DNA of 64,000 nt from an uncultured virus (IMG/VR IMGVR_UViG_3300021255_001403) (taxonomy: Duplodnaviria > Heunggongvirae > Uroviricota > Caudoviricetes): the IMG/VR virus record IMGVR_UViG_3300021255_001403; one strand, given 5' to 3'. Made by a program: the position numbers and the translations under genes. Below the pieces are notes generated by a model, which was not told where the DNA came from, searched no databases, and saw only the letters and a program-made list of their open reading frames with translations. Positions 19,930 to 31,027 of the stretch are shown one piece after another; the stretch's first letter is position 1, and the number at the start of each line of letters is the position of its first letter.

Positions 19930-20230
19930 TATTGCAGAGTGTGAATGCAGGAATGTATCTAGAATATTTTGTGAGGTAATGAAAGTATGTAAAAAGATAG
20001 AGCATAATATAAAAAATCCTAATAATAAAGAAAGGATATATGATTATGTAGAAGAATTAGTATATATGAAGAGTAAATTCTTTTATGAGGATTATATTGG
20101 GTTTATAGATAAACTGGATTACAATACTCTAGTAGTACTATTAAACACATCTAACCAAATAAAAGAATTATGTAGTAATCTGACTGCATTTACCAAATCG
20201 TGTTTATTAAAAGAGTTTCACTCTTATTAA
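19805..20230 (+). CDS. hypothetical protein (start uncertain)
   Basis: ORF track; overlaps the upstream gene. Confidence 0.45.
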   Translation: MKEIKQTARKSQKRSRNSGKSANQYLQWQDLKNDSPKQDLYNIAECECRNVSRIFCEVMKVCKKIEHNIKNPNNKERIYDYVEELVYMKSKFFYEDYIGFIDKLDYNTLVVLLNTSNQIKELCSNLTAFTKSCLLKEFHSY

Positions 20231-20263
20231 AATAAGTATCTTAAATTAAAGGGAGAGAATAAA

Positions 20264-20845
20264 ATGAGTAATGAACAACAACATGTAAATGAACTTCTTC
20301 AGAATCCGTCACCCACTAAGAATATTAACTGGGGTATGGCAATGCTTATTGCTACACAGTTAAGAGCATCGCATGCTAGCGTAATACAACTTCTTGAAAA
20401 TAACAAAGAGGAATATAAAGACGATATAAATCGTCATATTAGGGCTATTGGTAAGTTAAGTCATATTATCAGTATACTTCGTAATATAGCTGATGAGACT
20501 TTCCTTTCCAAGTTTGGTATTCCTCATCCGATTACTAATGCTAGTATGACGTGTTTCAGTATTATTGATCTTGCTGAAGATGATGAACACTATGATTATC
20601 GTCTTATCGTAAATGGTATCCTTCCTAAGAATACACCAAAATTTGTAGTAGATCTTATGTACCCAACTCCAACTGAAGAAGAACTGCATTATCAGGCTCA
20701 TATGGCTGCACATAGAGCAGAAGAAATGGCTAAAATGGCTGAGCAGATGAATCCTAATAATCCTGCTATCTTTCCGGCTGGTAAGTTTAGTAATAAGAAG
20801 TTGAAGAAGCTTATTAAAGAACAGCTTGAGATTGGTAATCTCTAA
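20264..20845 (+). CDS. hypothetical protein
   Basis: GGGAG SD; terminator at 20858-20887. Confidence 0.65.
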   Translation: MSNEQQHVNELLQNPSPTKNINWGMAMLIATQLRASHASVIQLLENNKEEYKDDINRHIRAIGKLSHIISILRNIADETFLSKFGIPHPITNASMTCFSIIDLAEDDEHYDYRLIVNGILPKNTPKFVVDLMYPTPTEEELHYQAHMAAHRAEEMAKMAEQMNPNNPAIFPAGKFSNKKLKKLIKEQLEIGNL

Positions 20846-20929
20846 TTCATAAACAGAGAAGAGGGTGTTCCACCCTCTTCTTTTTTTGCCGTAGGACATT
20901 TTTATAACTAGATAATCTTATTTTAGGGA

Positions 20930-22144
20930 ATGGAGGGCAAATCCATGCCTACTAAACAAAATTTTGATACTGATGCTATATTAAAGGAAATCTATCCTTT
21001 AATAGAAGAATCTTTAAAAACTAGACTTCCTCAATGGAAAAGATGTATGTCTGAGTTTATACAGGCTAGATCTAAAGACTTATTTGATATAGCTCCTTTT
21101 GAAAGAATTTACTATAATGAAAATGACTCCGAAGCATTGTTTAATGCTTTGGGTTTAATTAAGAAATCTATAACTCTTGGGTTAAGACACACTTATTATT
21201 TTGATAAAACTTCTTTTAAACCATCTCAGGCTAAAGATGAAACTACTGTAGTATGTTTATGTGTAGTAAGATACTTCTTATTACATAATATGGAGAAAGA
21301 ACTAGATTTGGCTATGATATATCAATCTTTCTCTGGTAAATATTATCCTTCTATTCATTACGGTTTCTTTAAGACTGTAGCCCCATCTAAATATCGTCAT
21401 ATAATGGAATATGTAGTAAATAATAAATTATCACAAAAGTTTGATCTTAAAGCTGCTGGTAGTCTTATAGGTGCAGTTAAGAAGATTAATACTACTTGGG
21501 TTACATCTTATAAATCTTCTATTAAATCATTTGATGATGAAGATTGTACTTATGTAATACAGCAGTTACATAATAGATTGAAATCTTTTATGAAGAATAT
21601 AGCATCAGTTTATTATGAGACTTATAAGTCTAAAGAGTATATGACTTATGATAAAGATGCATTACCAGATGGAGATTCTGGTGGAGCTTATCATTTAACA
21701 ACTAACGATACTTTTAAATTGCAGCATTATGTAGAGAATACTATGGAGAAGATAAATACTTCCCAAGTAGATTATAGTATCTGTAAAAGCTCTTCAGATG
21801 CTAATGTAAAGACCGAAGAGTTAAAAGCTATTATGGAGACTATATTTGATAAGCAAGAAAATATCGTTAAGATAAAAGAGTTGCTTACTTGCTTAATAGC
21901 AGCATTTTTACAAGAATCTAAAGTAAAAGAGATTAACACTCCTAGATTCTATCATTATTGTATTAAACCTAAACCTAATACAAAAGATGCTAACTTAATT
22001 AGAATAAAAGATCTTATAGAAGAATTACTAGATGATAACTCTGTAGCTTATAGAAAACGTAAACATAGAGGTCCTACTAAGAATTCTTATCATAAAGCAT
22101 TATTATCGTATCTTGCGTTAATTGCTATAAGAGCGAATAAATGA
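20930..22144 (+). CDS. hypothetical jumbo-phage protein, probably virion-associated
   Basis: Late-type motif at 20896; co-transcribed with the peptidase and RNAP fragment. Confidence 0.6.
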   Translation: MEGKSMPTKQNFDTDAILKEIYPLIEESLKTRLPQWKRCMSEFIQARSKDLFDIAPFERIYYNENDSEALFNALGLIKKSITLGLRHTYYFDKTSFKPSQAKDETTVVCLCVVRYFLLHNMEKELDLAMIYQSFSGKYYPSIHYGFFKTVAPSKYRHIMEYVVNNKLSQKFDLKAAGSLIGAVKKINTTWVTSYKSSIKSFDDEDCTYVIQQLHNRLKSFMKNIASVYYETYKSKEYMTYDKDALPDGDSGGAYHLTTNDTFKLQHYVENTMEKINTSQVDYSICKSSSDANVKTEELKAIMETIFDKQENIVKIKELLTCLIAAFLQESKVKEINTPRFYHYCIKPKPNTKDANLIRIKDLIEELLDDNSVAYRKRKHRGPTKNSYHKALLSYLALIAIRANK

Positions 22145-22167
22145 TATATAGAAGGGAAGATAATAGA

Positions 22168-23229
22168 ATGAATATAAATGAGATATTTCAAGAAGAAGCA
22201 GAGCTTAGTGTTTTAAATGAAATGTATTTTGGTAAACCCCAAGCTCTTTATAAGATAGAGGATTTGTTTGATAAATTTAAATTACAATATAAGAACCATA
22301 AACCTCTTACTGTAGGTGCAGATTATAAAGAAATGCTTAAAGACCCAATACTTAAAAAGATTGGTGAAGAGTTGTGTAATACTTTTGGATTTAATGAAAC
22401 CATGGTAACCATAGTAAGAGATGCATCTATTAATGCTTATACTATATCTTTCGTTACTGATGCTAAGGGTAATTCTTATAATATAGATAGTAAACCCTTT
22501 ACTAATGAGAAACTTACTAATGCTGTAGTAGTTACTAACTCTGGGTTTAATTTTAATAAGAAAAAGTTTAAGACTAATCTTTTAGTGTGTTTGAATTTGG
22601 GTATATTGTTTAACTCTCCTATTACTACTCCTGAACTTATTGCTATACTTATGCATGAAGTAGGCCATAACTTTAGTAAAGTAATTATCAAAGCTGATAA
22701 GATTAATGGTAGAATGGATGAGAAGTTCGCTGATCAGTTTGTTGCTATGTATGGTTATGGACCAGAATTAGTATCAGCATTCTCTAAGATGACTATTAAT
22801 TATGGTCAGATAGAAAAGCATCTTAAAGACGTTCCTATTATAAATATCTTTGTTGGTTTAAATAAGATAGTAGACTCTGTAATGTTTAGGCATTTATTTA
22901 ATGACCCGCATCCGAATATGTATTCTCGTATGGAATCTCAGATTAAACAGTTAGAAGCAGAGTTAAAGAATGATAAAGATATGTCTCCTAAGATGAAGAA
23001 GGAGATTAAAGACCAGATAGAGCAGTGTAAGAAAATTATGGATGATTACTTCTCTAACTCTGATAATATGAGCGATAAGATGCTTAAATATTATCATGGT
23101 AGAATAGAACCTAATCATAATGTAGAACAGGAGAAGAATAAAGCTGCTGATAAATATGCTGCTCCTGAGACTATTAATGATAAGATAGATAAGATGTATA
23201 AACGTAAAGGATTCTTTAAATTACGTTAA
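22168..23229 (+). CDS. zincin metallopeptidase (HEXXH, M48-like)
   Basis: INAYT, ELIAILMHEVGH, EKFADQF, DPHP....R motifs. Confidence 0.8.
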   Translation: MNINEIFQEEAELSVLNEMYFGKPQALYKIEDLFDKFKLQYKNHKPLTVGADYKEMLKDPILKKIGEELCNTFGFNETMVTIVRDASINAYTISFVTDAKGNSYNIDSKPFTNEKLTNAVVVTNSGFNFNKKKFKTNLLVCLNLGILFNSPITTPELIAILMHEVGHNFSKVIIKADKINGRMDEKFADQFVAMYGYGPELVSAFSKMTINYGQIEKHLKDVPIINIFVGLNKIVDSVMFRHLFNDPHPNMYSRMESQIKQLEAELKNDKDMSPKMKKEIKDQIEQCKKIMDDYFSNSDNMSDKMLKYYHGRIEPNHNVEQEKNKAADKYAAPETINDKIDKMYKRKGFFKLR

Positions 23230-23245
23230 TAAGAGGGTATAGTAT

Positions 23246-23986
23246 ATGGCAAATATAAAAGCTGCTAGAAAAAAATGTGAGGAACGAATATACAAGTATT
23301 TTAATATACTAGATCCTACAGGTCAGAATACAGAGTATTATAAAAAGAAATTCGCTAAGATGAATGATAAACAATTCTACGATTTCTTTAATCAAGACTT
23401 TCCATTAAAATTCCAAACTAAGATATTTGAGATAGACCCTAAAATGTCTCAGATAATGGCTTCTCTTGATTATCTTAAAGTACCTGTAAATGAGAGGGTT
23501 GCAATGCCATTCTTATATAGAAATAAAGATGGTAAAGCAGTTAAGACTCAACCTGTATTAGTATTATACGTTCCTCTTAAGAGACTTAAACAGATGGTAC
23601 AGAAGAAGACTGGTTTCTCTGTAAATATATCTAAACGTGATTATCGTACTGGTTTACTTATGGATACAGATAAGAATGGTAACTCTACAGATAGAGAATT
23701 TGAATCCTTAGCAGTAATGGGATTGGATCAAACATTAAGAGAATTAATGTATTATAGAGCTGATTCTATGCAGTCTAAGAATCTATTCTATTCTGAAGTA
23801 AATGCTAAAGGCATGGTATCACAGAAAGATGTCCCTGTGTCTAATGATGAATCCATTGCTAGAAATCTTATATCTGCATATCTCATAGGTGCACATATTA
23901 ATAGTAACTTGGTAAATACGGAGAACTATTTACCAAGAACTTTAAAGAAGAAGAATGCCGGTCAAGGTGGCTTAAAACGACAATAA
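23246..23986 (+). CDS. RNA polymerase beta-subunit C-terminal fragment (probably virion RNAP)
   Basis: LKQMVQKK...RDYRTG...DREFESLAVMG...LRELM..RAD resembles the RpoB C-terminal KL.HMV.DK...GEME..AL..YG...L.E.LT.KSD region. Confidence 0.7.
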   Translation: MANIKAARKKCEERIYKYFNILDPTGQNTEYYKKKFAKMNDKQFYDFFNQDFPLKFQTKIFEIDPKMSQIMASLDYLKVPVNERVAMPFLYRNKDGKAVKTQPVLVLYVPLKRLKQMVQKKTGFSVNISKRDYRTGLLMDTDKNGNSTDREFESLAVMGLDQTLRELMYYRADSMQSKNLFYSEVNAKGMVSQKDVPVSNDESIARNLISAYLIGAHINSNLVNTENYLPRTLKKKNAGQGGLKRQ

Positions 23987-23994
23987 AAACAAAA

Positions 23995-24025
23995 AAAGAA
24001 TGGCGCATAGTAAGCGCCATTCTTT
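23995..24025. terminator. bidirectional terminator
   Basis: AAAGAATGGCGC-atagtaa-GCGCCATTCTTT. Confidence 0.8.
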
Positions 24026-24038
24026 TTCTTTTGTTTGA

Positions 24039-24215
24039 TTAGTCTTCTGCTTTAGTTACAACTTTCAGTTCTACAAGTACCTTACCTTTCCCAGGAACGT
24101 AAACTTCTGCGCCACCTGCGTTGCAGATATCTTGCAGCACTTTAATCTGCTCGCTGCTCAGGCAATAGCTATCAAAAGACTGACCGGAATACTTAGCAAA
24201 GTTAATGCAAATCAT
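24039..24215 (-). CDS. 58-aa early-cassette protein (MICINFAKYSG...)
   Basis: AAGGAGG SD before ATG at 24215; promoter motif at 24272-24287. Confidence 0.65.
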   Translation of the reverse strand: MICINFAKYSGQSFDSYCLSSEQIKVLQDICNAGGAEVYVPGKGKVLVELKVVTKAED

Positions 24216-24411
24216 TTTATTTTCCTCCTTATATATGGAAACAATTATTTTATTGATAACGTTACTCATTATCACCTCTATAATATACAATCGAAAATAA
24301 ACACTTTTACACACATTTTATTTATTAAACCTATATAAACAGGTTTATAATTCCGATATCACTGTTAATTTAAATATCTTTATATTTATATACTATAAAA
24401 GTGAGGAGGAG

Positions 24412-25080
24412 ATGAATAGAATGTTTAAATTCGAAATAAAAAAGGTAAATATTACGAAAACAGGTGATGTACAACGTGAGTTAGATAAGTTTAGTAGTAA
24501 AGATGGAATCCCAGTTACTATTACATCTAATTGGGATAAGAGTTTATTAGTAAAAATCCGAGATCATGAATATACATCTACTATAGATGCAACTATTGCA
24601 TTGGCTAGTATTTTTATTGCTAAAAGCGGTAGAGACTATGAAAAGTTGCAGAAATTAGTAGAAAACTTTTTAGCGGTATGCTTAGCAGTAGAGCATAAAA
24701 AAGCCGCGAATTTAAAACCTCGGTTATCAATCCAATTTGCCGATAAAGGCAGATTTAAATTTGAAAGATTTGGTATTACCGAAGGGTTTTATAAAACTAT
24801 AAAAGAAATGTATATCATTTTCTCTTCATATAAAATCTTTTATAAGGTATCTATAGTTAAAGGTAAACATTCTATTATCATTAGTATTATAGATGGTAAT
24901 AATGAAAGAGAAATATTAACTATACCTTATAAATCTATGCCCGATTATCATGTAGTAACTGAAATCGGTGTATTTGGGACTCTCTTAAAAATTCTATTTA
25001 AGACAGCATATTCTTTTATAGAAAATAATGAGAGTCTAATAAAAAGTATTAAGGAGTACCAAGAAAAATCAACTAATTAG
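24412..25080 (+). CDS. hypothetical protein
   Basis: Promoter motif at 24389; GAGGAG SD. Confidence 0.6.
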   Translation: MNRMFKFEIKKVNITKTGDVQRELDKFSSKDGIPVTITSNWDKSLLVKIRDHEYTSTIDATIALASIFIAKSGRDYEKLQKLVENFLAVCLAVEHKKAANLKPRLSIQFADKGRFKFERFGITEGFYKTIKEMYIIFSSYKIFYKVSIVKGKHSIIISIIDGNNEREILTIPYKSMPDYHVVTEIGVFGTLLKILFKTAYSFIENNESLIKSIKEYQEKSTN

Positions 25081-25097
25081 TAAGGAGATGGTTAACT

Positions 25098-25808
25098 TTG
25101 GGTAGTGTGTTTTATGGTAAGAATTACCTAAGATGCACTATTATCGAGCTTGTAGAGTTTAACAAGCCGATAGTGGTGAAAGGTCGTTACGTATCGAGGG
25201 ATACTGCTATGAGTAGAAAACAAAGAGTAGTATTTACTAATATCAGACCTTTAACTCCTATGGAGAATGCCACTAAAAAACTAACGGGACACATAACATT
25301 TGATCGAGAAGAGATTCTGCCTTATTTCTCTCTCAATCCTTCTGATAATGAAAAAGAATTCATTATGATCTGTAGACCTTATATCTATATAGGAAAAAAT
25401 GGAAAAGAAAGAGGAGGTTTAAGATTAACAAATGAATTAGCTTCCTATGAAATTCCACCTATATCAGAAGCTCACAATTTTCCGGTAAATTTATTACCAT
25501 GGGAAAAGTTGATAGATTATAAAGATATACTGATCAGATCAGGTTCAGAAGTTATGGATACTACTAGTATTACAGTTAGCGATAACTCTACTAGTTCTTC
25601 TCCAAATATCATCTCTTTTGATGATTATTTAGTTTCATCTTCAGCGCAAAAAGTTTCAGCACAAATTCGTAGAAAAAGACGTAAAGAGAAGAAAAGATTA
25701 TTAAGACAATTTATATCAAACACATCTAACAGATTTATATACTGTATAGATATGGATGATATAAATGTATTAGATTATTATGATAGAAAGGATGAATTAA
25801 TACTATGA
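25098..25808 (+). CDS. hypothetical protein
   Basis: AAGGAG SD with TTG start. Confidence 0.6.
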   Translation: MGSVFYGKNYLRCTIIELVEFNKPIVVKGRYVSRDTAMSRKQRVVFTNIRPLTPMENATKKLTGHITFDREEILPYFSLNPSDNEKEFIMICRPYIYIGKNGKERGGLRLTNELASYEIPPISEAHNFPVNLLPWEKLIDYKDILIRSGSEVMDTTSITVSDNSTSSSPNIISFDDYLVSSSAQKVSAQIRRKRRKEKKRLLRQFISNTSNRFIYCIDMDDINVLDYYDRKDELIL

Positions 25809-26156
25809 ATAACGAAAACAAGAATAAAGAACAGCTTTGTACTATTACAGAGCAAGGCTCTTATGGATTGGGAGCTAATGAAGTAGATGAAAAAGAACGA
25901 GAAGAACTGAAAAAGAGACTACAAGAGCAGCTTAATCAATCTAACAATTAATTTTAATACACCGGTAGGCATATAGCCTACCGGTATTTCAATTCGTGAA
26001 AGGAGGTGAGTATATGTGCATAATTCCATATATAAATACATCATAAATCATATGGGATATAAAATGAGAAATGGTTAGGGATTTCGTTTTTAAATTCTAA
26101 AGGGGGTGGTATATGGGAACAAACTGCCGTGTTTTAACTGTCTAAGGAGTGATTTG

Positions 26157-26891
26157 ATGAGTTCGAAGATAAGCAAAAAAATGGCGACGATTTCTATGGT
26201 TGTATTACTTGGTATTAATGGTTTTCTTGCATACAAAGTTGTGGAAGTAGAAAACCAGTATGACGAAATAAAGAAAGAAGTACAGGAGTCGCGTCATGCA
26301 AATGAGCAAGTTTTGTCTATGTTGCACGATATTCGTAACGAGCAAAATAGACAGGCCCAGGCAATGCAGATAGCTTATCGAAAAAAGGTACAACAGCAAA
26401 AAGAGAAAAATAATGTAATGCTGTTAAAAGCTAATGGGTTCGGGGTCTATACCGATCTTGGTCAGAATATCGAAATAAGTGTAGAAGATATGGATAGAAT
26501 CATTGATTACTATGCAGCACATGCTGTCCATGGAACTAGCTTTAAAGGTAAAGGACAAGTATTTGTTGATGCTGGTAAAGAAACTGGTTTAAATCCTATC
26601 TATATCTTTGCACATGCTTGTATCGAAAGTGATTATGGTATGTCTTACTTAGGACGTACTAGGAATAACTATTTCGGTATCAATGCTGTAGATAATGATC
26701 CAGGACTAGCCTATAGTATGGGCGATAGTGTAGATGAAGGAATCAGAGCTGGTGCTAAATGGATTAAGAAAAATTTCTACAATAATGGATATACTACTTT
26801 AGAGTCGATGCATCAAGCAGGATATGCTACAGATCCTGATTGGGCGAACGATATAAACACCATGGTAAATAATTGCATTAGCTTAATCTAA
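26157..26891 (+). CDS. membrane-anchored glucosaminidase (GH73-like peptidoglycan hydrolase)
   Basis: N-terminal TM helix and coiled coil, AHACIESDYG, NNYFGINAVD, YATDPDW; AAGGAG SD before 26157. Confidence 0.85.
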   Translation: MSSKISKKMATISMVVLLGINGFLAYKVVEVENQYDEIKKEVQESRHANEQVLSMLHDIRNEQNRQAQAMQIAYRKKVQQQKEKNNVMLLKANGFGVYTDLGQNIEISVEDMDRIIDYYAAHAVHGTSFKGKGQVFVDAGKETGLNPIYIFAHACIESDYGMSYLGRTRNNYFGINAVDNDPGLAYSMGDSVDEGIRAGAKWIKKNFYNNGYTTLESMHQAGYATDPDWANDINTMVNNCISLI

Positions 26892-26904
26892 GGAGGAAAA
26901 TGTT

Positions 26905-28119
26905 TTGTTAGAATGTAAAGTAATAGGCATCGGTGCAGCTGGTAATAAGGCTGCCATTCAACTTATAGAGGATGGAATTCTTGATAAGCATCATGTAATG
27001 CTTCTCAATTCTACCATGAAAGATATTCCTGAAGAATATCGTTCTGAACTCTCTATTGAGTTTGGTGATGTAAGAGGCGCTGGTAAAGAGAGAGATCTTG
27101 CTAAACAAATGATGATTGACTCTCTCCAGAAAGGTACTATCCCTATTGAGAAGTTTATCACTGGTGATGAGAAATTCATTACCATTGTATGCTCCACTGA
27201 GGGTGGTACTGGTAGTGGCTCTTCTGTAGTATTGGCTGAATATATCCAATCTATCTTCAATGATGAAGAAGAAGGCAGATTTATGCCGGTACATTTGTTT
27301 GCTTTTACTGGATTTGAAGACGATATCAGAGGATTGAAAAACACTGTAGACTGGTTCAACGATCTCAATGAAGATATGACTGTTGAAACCATCAGTAATA
27401 AGAAGTGTTTGAAGTTTACTGATAATCGCCGTCATGCTGCAGAGGATTATGCTAATAAGCTATTCTCTAAGCGCATTGCTACCAGTATCGGTAAATACAT
27501 TACTCCGTCTGATGATAATATTGATGATATGGATCTTTACAAGCTCAATGCTACCCATGGCTATATGACTGTAGAGTCTGCTATCATCGAGAAGATCAAA
27601 GATAGTGAGCAGTTTAATAATGTAATCAAGAAGATGATTGAAGATTCAGTATCTCTTGAATCTACAGCTGCTTCTATCCGTATCGGAGTGATTGTGTCTG
27701 CAGATGAAGCTACGTTAGATCTCATTGATGATTCCTTTAGTGTTATTAAAGAGACTTATGGTACTCCATTAGAACTCTTTATCCATAAACAGGAATCTAT
27801 TGATGTAGATGATTCAGTAAACCTCATTGTATCTGGTATGAAACTGCCGATTAATGAAATCAGTGCAGTATATAAACGCTATAAAGACCAGCGTGCAAAA
27901 CTTGATACTATGGGTAAAGACAAGTTCTTCGGTAATACTAATAAGTTCGATACCTCTCTCAATAAGGGTTCGAACATTGGTGGTATTGCCAGAGCAAATA
28001 TCCATTATGGTGCTGCTAAGAAGAGCGAGTCTTCGAAGAATAAGTTCTTCGAGAAATACGGAGCTTCGACTAATAACGATAAGAAGGGTAAAAATCCTAT
28101 CGTTAAAGACGAACTCTAA
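26905..28119 (+). CDS. tubulin/FtsZ-family GTPase (PhuZ/TubZ-like)
   Basis: VIGIGAAGNK, GAGK, tubulin signature GGTGSG, NIDDMD T7-like loop. Confidence 0.88.
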   Translation: MLECKVIGIGAAGNKAAIQLIEDGILDKHHVMLLNSTMKDIPEEYRSELSIEFGDVRGAGKERDLAKQMMIDSLQKGTIPIEKFITGDEKFITIVCSTEGGTGSGSSVVLAEYIQSIFNDEEEGRFMPVHLFAFTGFEDDIRGLKNTVDWFNDLNEDMTVETISNKKCLKFTDNRRHAAEDYANKLFSKRIATSIGKYITPSDDNIDDMDLYKLNATHGYMTVESAIIEKIKDSEQFNNVIKKMIEDSVSLESTAASIRIGVIVSADEATLDLIDDSFSVIKETYGTPLELFIHKQESIDVDDSVNLIVSGMKLPINEISAVYKRYKDQRAKLDTMGKDKFFGNTNKFDTSLNKGSNIGGIARANIHYGAAKKSESSKNKFFEKYGASTNNDKKGKNPIVKDEL

Positions 28120-28255
28120 TATATGCTGTATCTAAACAGCATATATAACTTACTACAATTTAGAAAGAAAGAGAAGCCTCTATATAAGGAGGCTTCTTTT
28201 TTTACTATTAATTTAACTAAAAAGTAATATTACTACTTTTTGGAGGAATAGATAT

Positions 28256-29095
28256 ATGGCTGTTTTAGAAATAGTAGATAAACGTGCTTTTGGACCCCAA
28301 GTAATATGTGATAGACTTCTTCCTATTACTAAACCAGAAACTACTGACGAACAAGCTTTTGAAATACTTTCTAAAGAATATACTAATTTTCTTTCTTCTA
28401 TAAATGATAATCATTGTTTTGATGAAATCAAAAAGAATACTAGATTTTTAGAAACTTTACTTAAAGTATGCTCATACTATACTTTAAATCTAGAGCAAAA
28501 AGTATATTGTAATAGTATGATATATAAGCTTATGTCTGACTCTACTAAAGAGAATAAAGAGATATTACTTACTCTCGGTAATCTGATAAATAGGAAGCAA
28601 GTAGCAAAACTTAAAAATTGTGGGATAGATAATATATTGGCTACTTATTTAGCAGTAGCTAAGAAATCATCTTTTGAACCAAGATTCAATATACCTAGAT
28701 TGAATTTTTGTATTAACTGTATGGACCCATATTTTATGACCACACAACGTATTACGGATATATACTGTGCATCTTTTGATACATTATTAGAGATAAAAGA
28801 TTTATTCAATTACTCTATTAAAGATGGGTATTTAAAAGTAGCTAATGAAGCTTGGATAACAGATGAAGTATTACATGTAACTCGTAATATGAATATGGCG
28901 TTATTATCTATACTAGAATCTTTAGATGAAGAAAAGATTTATGCTGTATTATACTCTTATCATAAATCGGCTGTTATGGAACACCTAACTCCATTTGATG
29001 TAAGATTCTCGATGAAAGATATAAATAAGAAAGTATTCAAAAAGATATCTAAAGTATTAGAAAAATTCCGTGCTGATAATATGTATTTACCATAA
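28256..29095 (+). CDS. hypothetical protein
   Basis: GGAGG SD; flanked by terminators. Confidence 0.65.
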   Translation: MAVLEIVDKRAFGPQVICDRLLPITKPETTDEQAFEILSKEYTNFLSSINDNHCFDEIKKNTRFLETLLKVCSYYTLNLEQKVYCNSMIYKLMSDSTKENKEILLTLGNLINRKQVAKLKNCGIDNILATYLAVAKKSSFEPRFNIPRLNFCINCMDPYFMTTQRITDIYCASFDTLLEIKDLFNYSIKDGYLKVANEAWITDEVLHVTRNMNMALLSILESLDEEKIYAVLYSYHKSAVMEHLTPFDVRFSMKDINKKVFKKISKVLEKFRADNMYLP

Positions 29096-29186
29096 AAAAT
29101 GAGCTAATCCCATTGGGGATTAGCTCTTTAATATCGTAAAGACATAATTATACTTATTGTCATTTATTTTTTTGGAGGAGATTAAT

Positions 29187-30491
29187 GTGTATATTGATGT
29201 AATCGAAAATTTCAACACAAACTTAGCAGCATATGCCAAACTTGCTACTGCTGATAGTGGTAGTTCTGATGGTATGCTTACGGAAATTTTTAGAGCTAAG
29301 ATGAAAAAGATGGGAATGGAAATGTATGGAGAAGCATTACCGGATATTTGCTATCCTACTGGATTCCCTAGCTTAGATTATCTCAATTCCTCTATTGCCA
29401 AACAAAAGAATCCTGAGACTGGATTAATGGAAGATTACATTAATGCTGGTCTTACTGATGGTAGTTATGTAATTTTTGTAGCAAATACCAATACTGGTAA
29501 GTCTACATTAGTAAATCAGATTATTGCTAATATTGCTAGAAAATTTCCTGATGTAGCTATATTCTTTGATGATATCGAATCTGGTATGACTGAAGCAAGA
29601 CGTTTTGCATTCACTGGGTTTACAGAAGCAGAGTTTAGAAGAAGATGTATTATTAGAAACTCTGGTGTAACTTCAGAGAATGTATATAAACGTGTGAAGA
29701 TTATACATGATGAAAAGGTTAATAATCCTCAGAAGTATCTTTATGATACAGGTATAAGAAATATGTATGGTGAACCTGTAATGAAGATGAAACCTACTAT
29801 ATATGCAGTAGATTCTATAGCAGCATTAATGCCTGAAGGATTAGTAGATGATGATGGATTACCTGGAAAGTCTTATGGTGCACAAGTGGCATCTAATATG
29901 GCAGTATTGTTCCAGATGATTCTTCAGTTATTAAAAGATGCTAATATAATCTTTATTGGTATCAATCATTTCACTACAGATTTGAATATGGGTCCATTCA
30001 CTAAACCTGCTGATGTACCTTGGTTGAAACCTGGTGAAAGAATTCCTAAAGGAAAGAAAGCTACTTTATTAGCTAATCAGGTATTCCGTATGGATCAGAA
30101 AGAGAAATTAAAGATAGATGGTCCTCTTAAGATAAATGGTTCTGTAGTAAATGTATCTCTTGTAAAGTCTAGAAACTCTGGTATCAAGACCTCTATTCCT
30201 ATGGTATATGATTTCTCTAGTGGATTCGATCCTTGGTTATCTATGCTTTATTATATGAAGACTAATGATATGCTTTATGGTTCTGGCGCAGCATTATCAT
30301 TTGATCCTGAAAGAACTTTTAAATTCTCCTATGGTACTTTTAGGGATAAGATTAATAATGACCTTGAGTTTAGAAAAGGATTCTTATCCGTAATCATTCC
30401 TATCCTTAAGACTATGCCTGTTAATGCTAGTATGGCTAAGCAAGATATGCACTTTGATGAATTGCTTAGTGATGATATATTTAAACTTTAA
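29187..30491 (+). CDS. uvsX: RecA/UvsX-like recombinase
   Basis: PTGFPSLDYL, Walker A-like ANTNTGKST, DIESG, Walker B YAVDSIAAL, IGINH; GGAGG SD before GTG 29187. Confidence 0.85.
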   Translation: MYIDVIENFNTNLAAYAKLATADSGSSDGMLTEIFRAKMKKMGMEMYGEALPDICYPTGFPSLDYLNSSIAKQKNPETGLMEDYINAGLTDGSYVIFVANTNTGKSTLVNQIIANIARKFPDVAIFFDDIESGMTEARRFAFTGFTEAEFRRRCIIRNSGVTSENVYKRVKIIHDEKVNNPQKYLYDTGIRNMYGEPVMKMKPTIYAVDSIAALMPEGLVDDDGLPGKSYGAQVASNMAVLFQMILQLLKDANIIFIGINHFTTDLNMGPFTKPADVPWLKPGERIPKGKKATLLANQVFRMDQKEKLKIDGPLKINGSVVNVSLVKSRNSGIKTSIPMVYDFSSGFDPWLSMLYYMKTNDMLYGSGAALSFDPERTFKFSYGTFRDKINNDLEFRKGFLSVIIPILKTMPVNASMAKQDMHFDELLSDDIFKL

Positions 30492-30581
30492 AACCATATT
30501 TTAGATATATACTATAATATTGAGTAGTATAAAATAGATATATAAGAGAGCTACTCAATATTATAGTAGGAGGATTTAATT

Positions 30582-31010
30582 ATGAGCAGAAAAAACAAAA
30601 GAAAGAAAAATCCAGTCGTATCCATTTTAGAGGAGGTGAATATAATTTTCGTATCTCGAGATAACTTTCGTTCTTTATACCCTGAGGTATATAATACTAT
30701 GACCAATAGAGAGATGGATATTCTTAACGGAAAGATTAAGGATACCCCACTAATAGTACCATTCATTACTACTAATTCTACTTATACGAAAAATACATTC
30801 TATGGATTAGTAGCTGGAAATAGCTTAGTGGATGATTACTTAGACTTAATATGCAAGATTAAGGAGTTGGTTTGTACGATAGATGAAAAGAATCTGATTA
30901 AGAATATTGTGGTTAAAGATGCTTCTAATGAGCCTAAGAGTTTTGAGACTCTAAAAGCATTATTAGATATAGTCTTTGATAATAAGAAAATTTCATTTGT
31001 TTCTGATTGA
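30582..31010 (+). CDS. hypothetical protein
   Basis: AGGAGG SD; promoter motif at 30508. Confidence 0.6.
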   Translation: MSRKNKRKKNPVVSILEEVNIIFVSRDNFRSLYPEVYNTMTNREMDILNGKIKDTPLIVPFITTNSTYTKNTFYGLVAGNSLVDDYLDLICKIKELVCTIDEKNLIKNIVVKDASNEPKSFETLKALLDIVFDNKKISFVSD

Positions 31011-31027
31011 TTTGGGGGTATAAAAAG

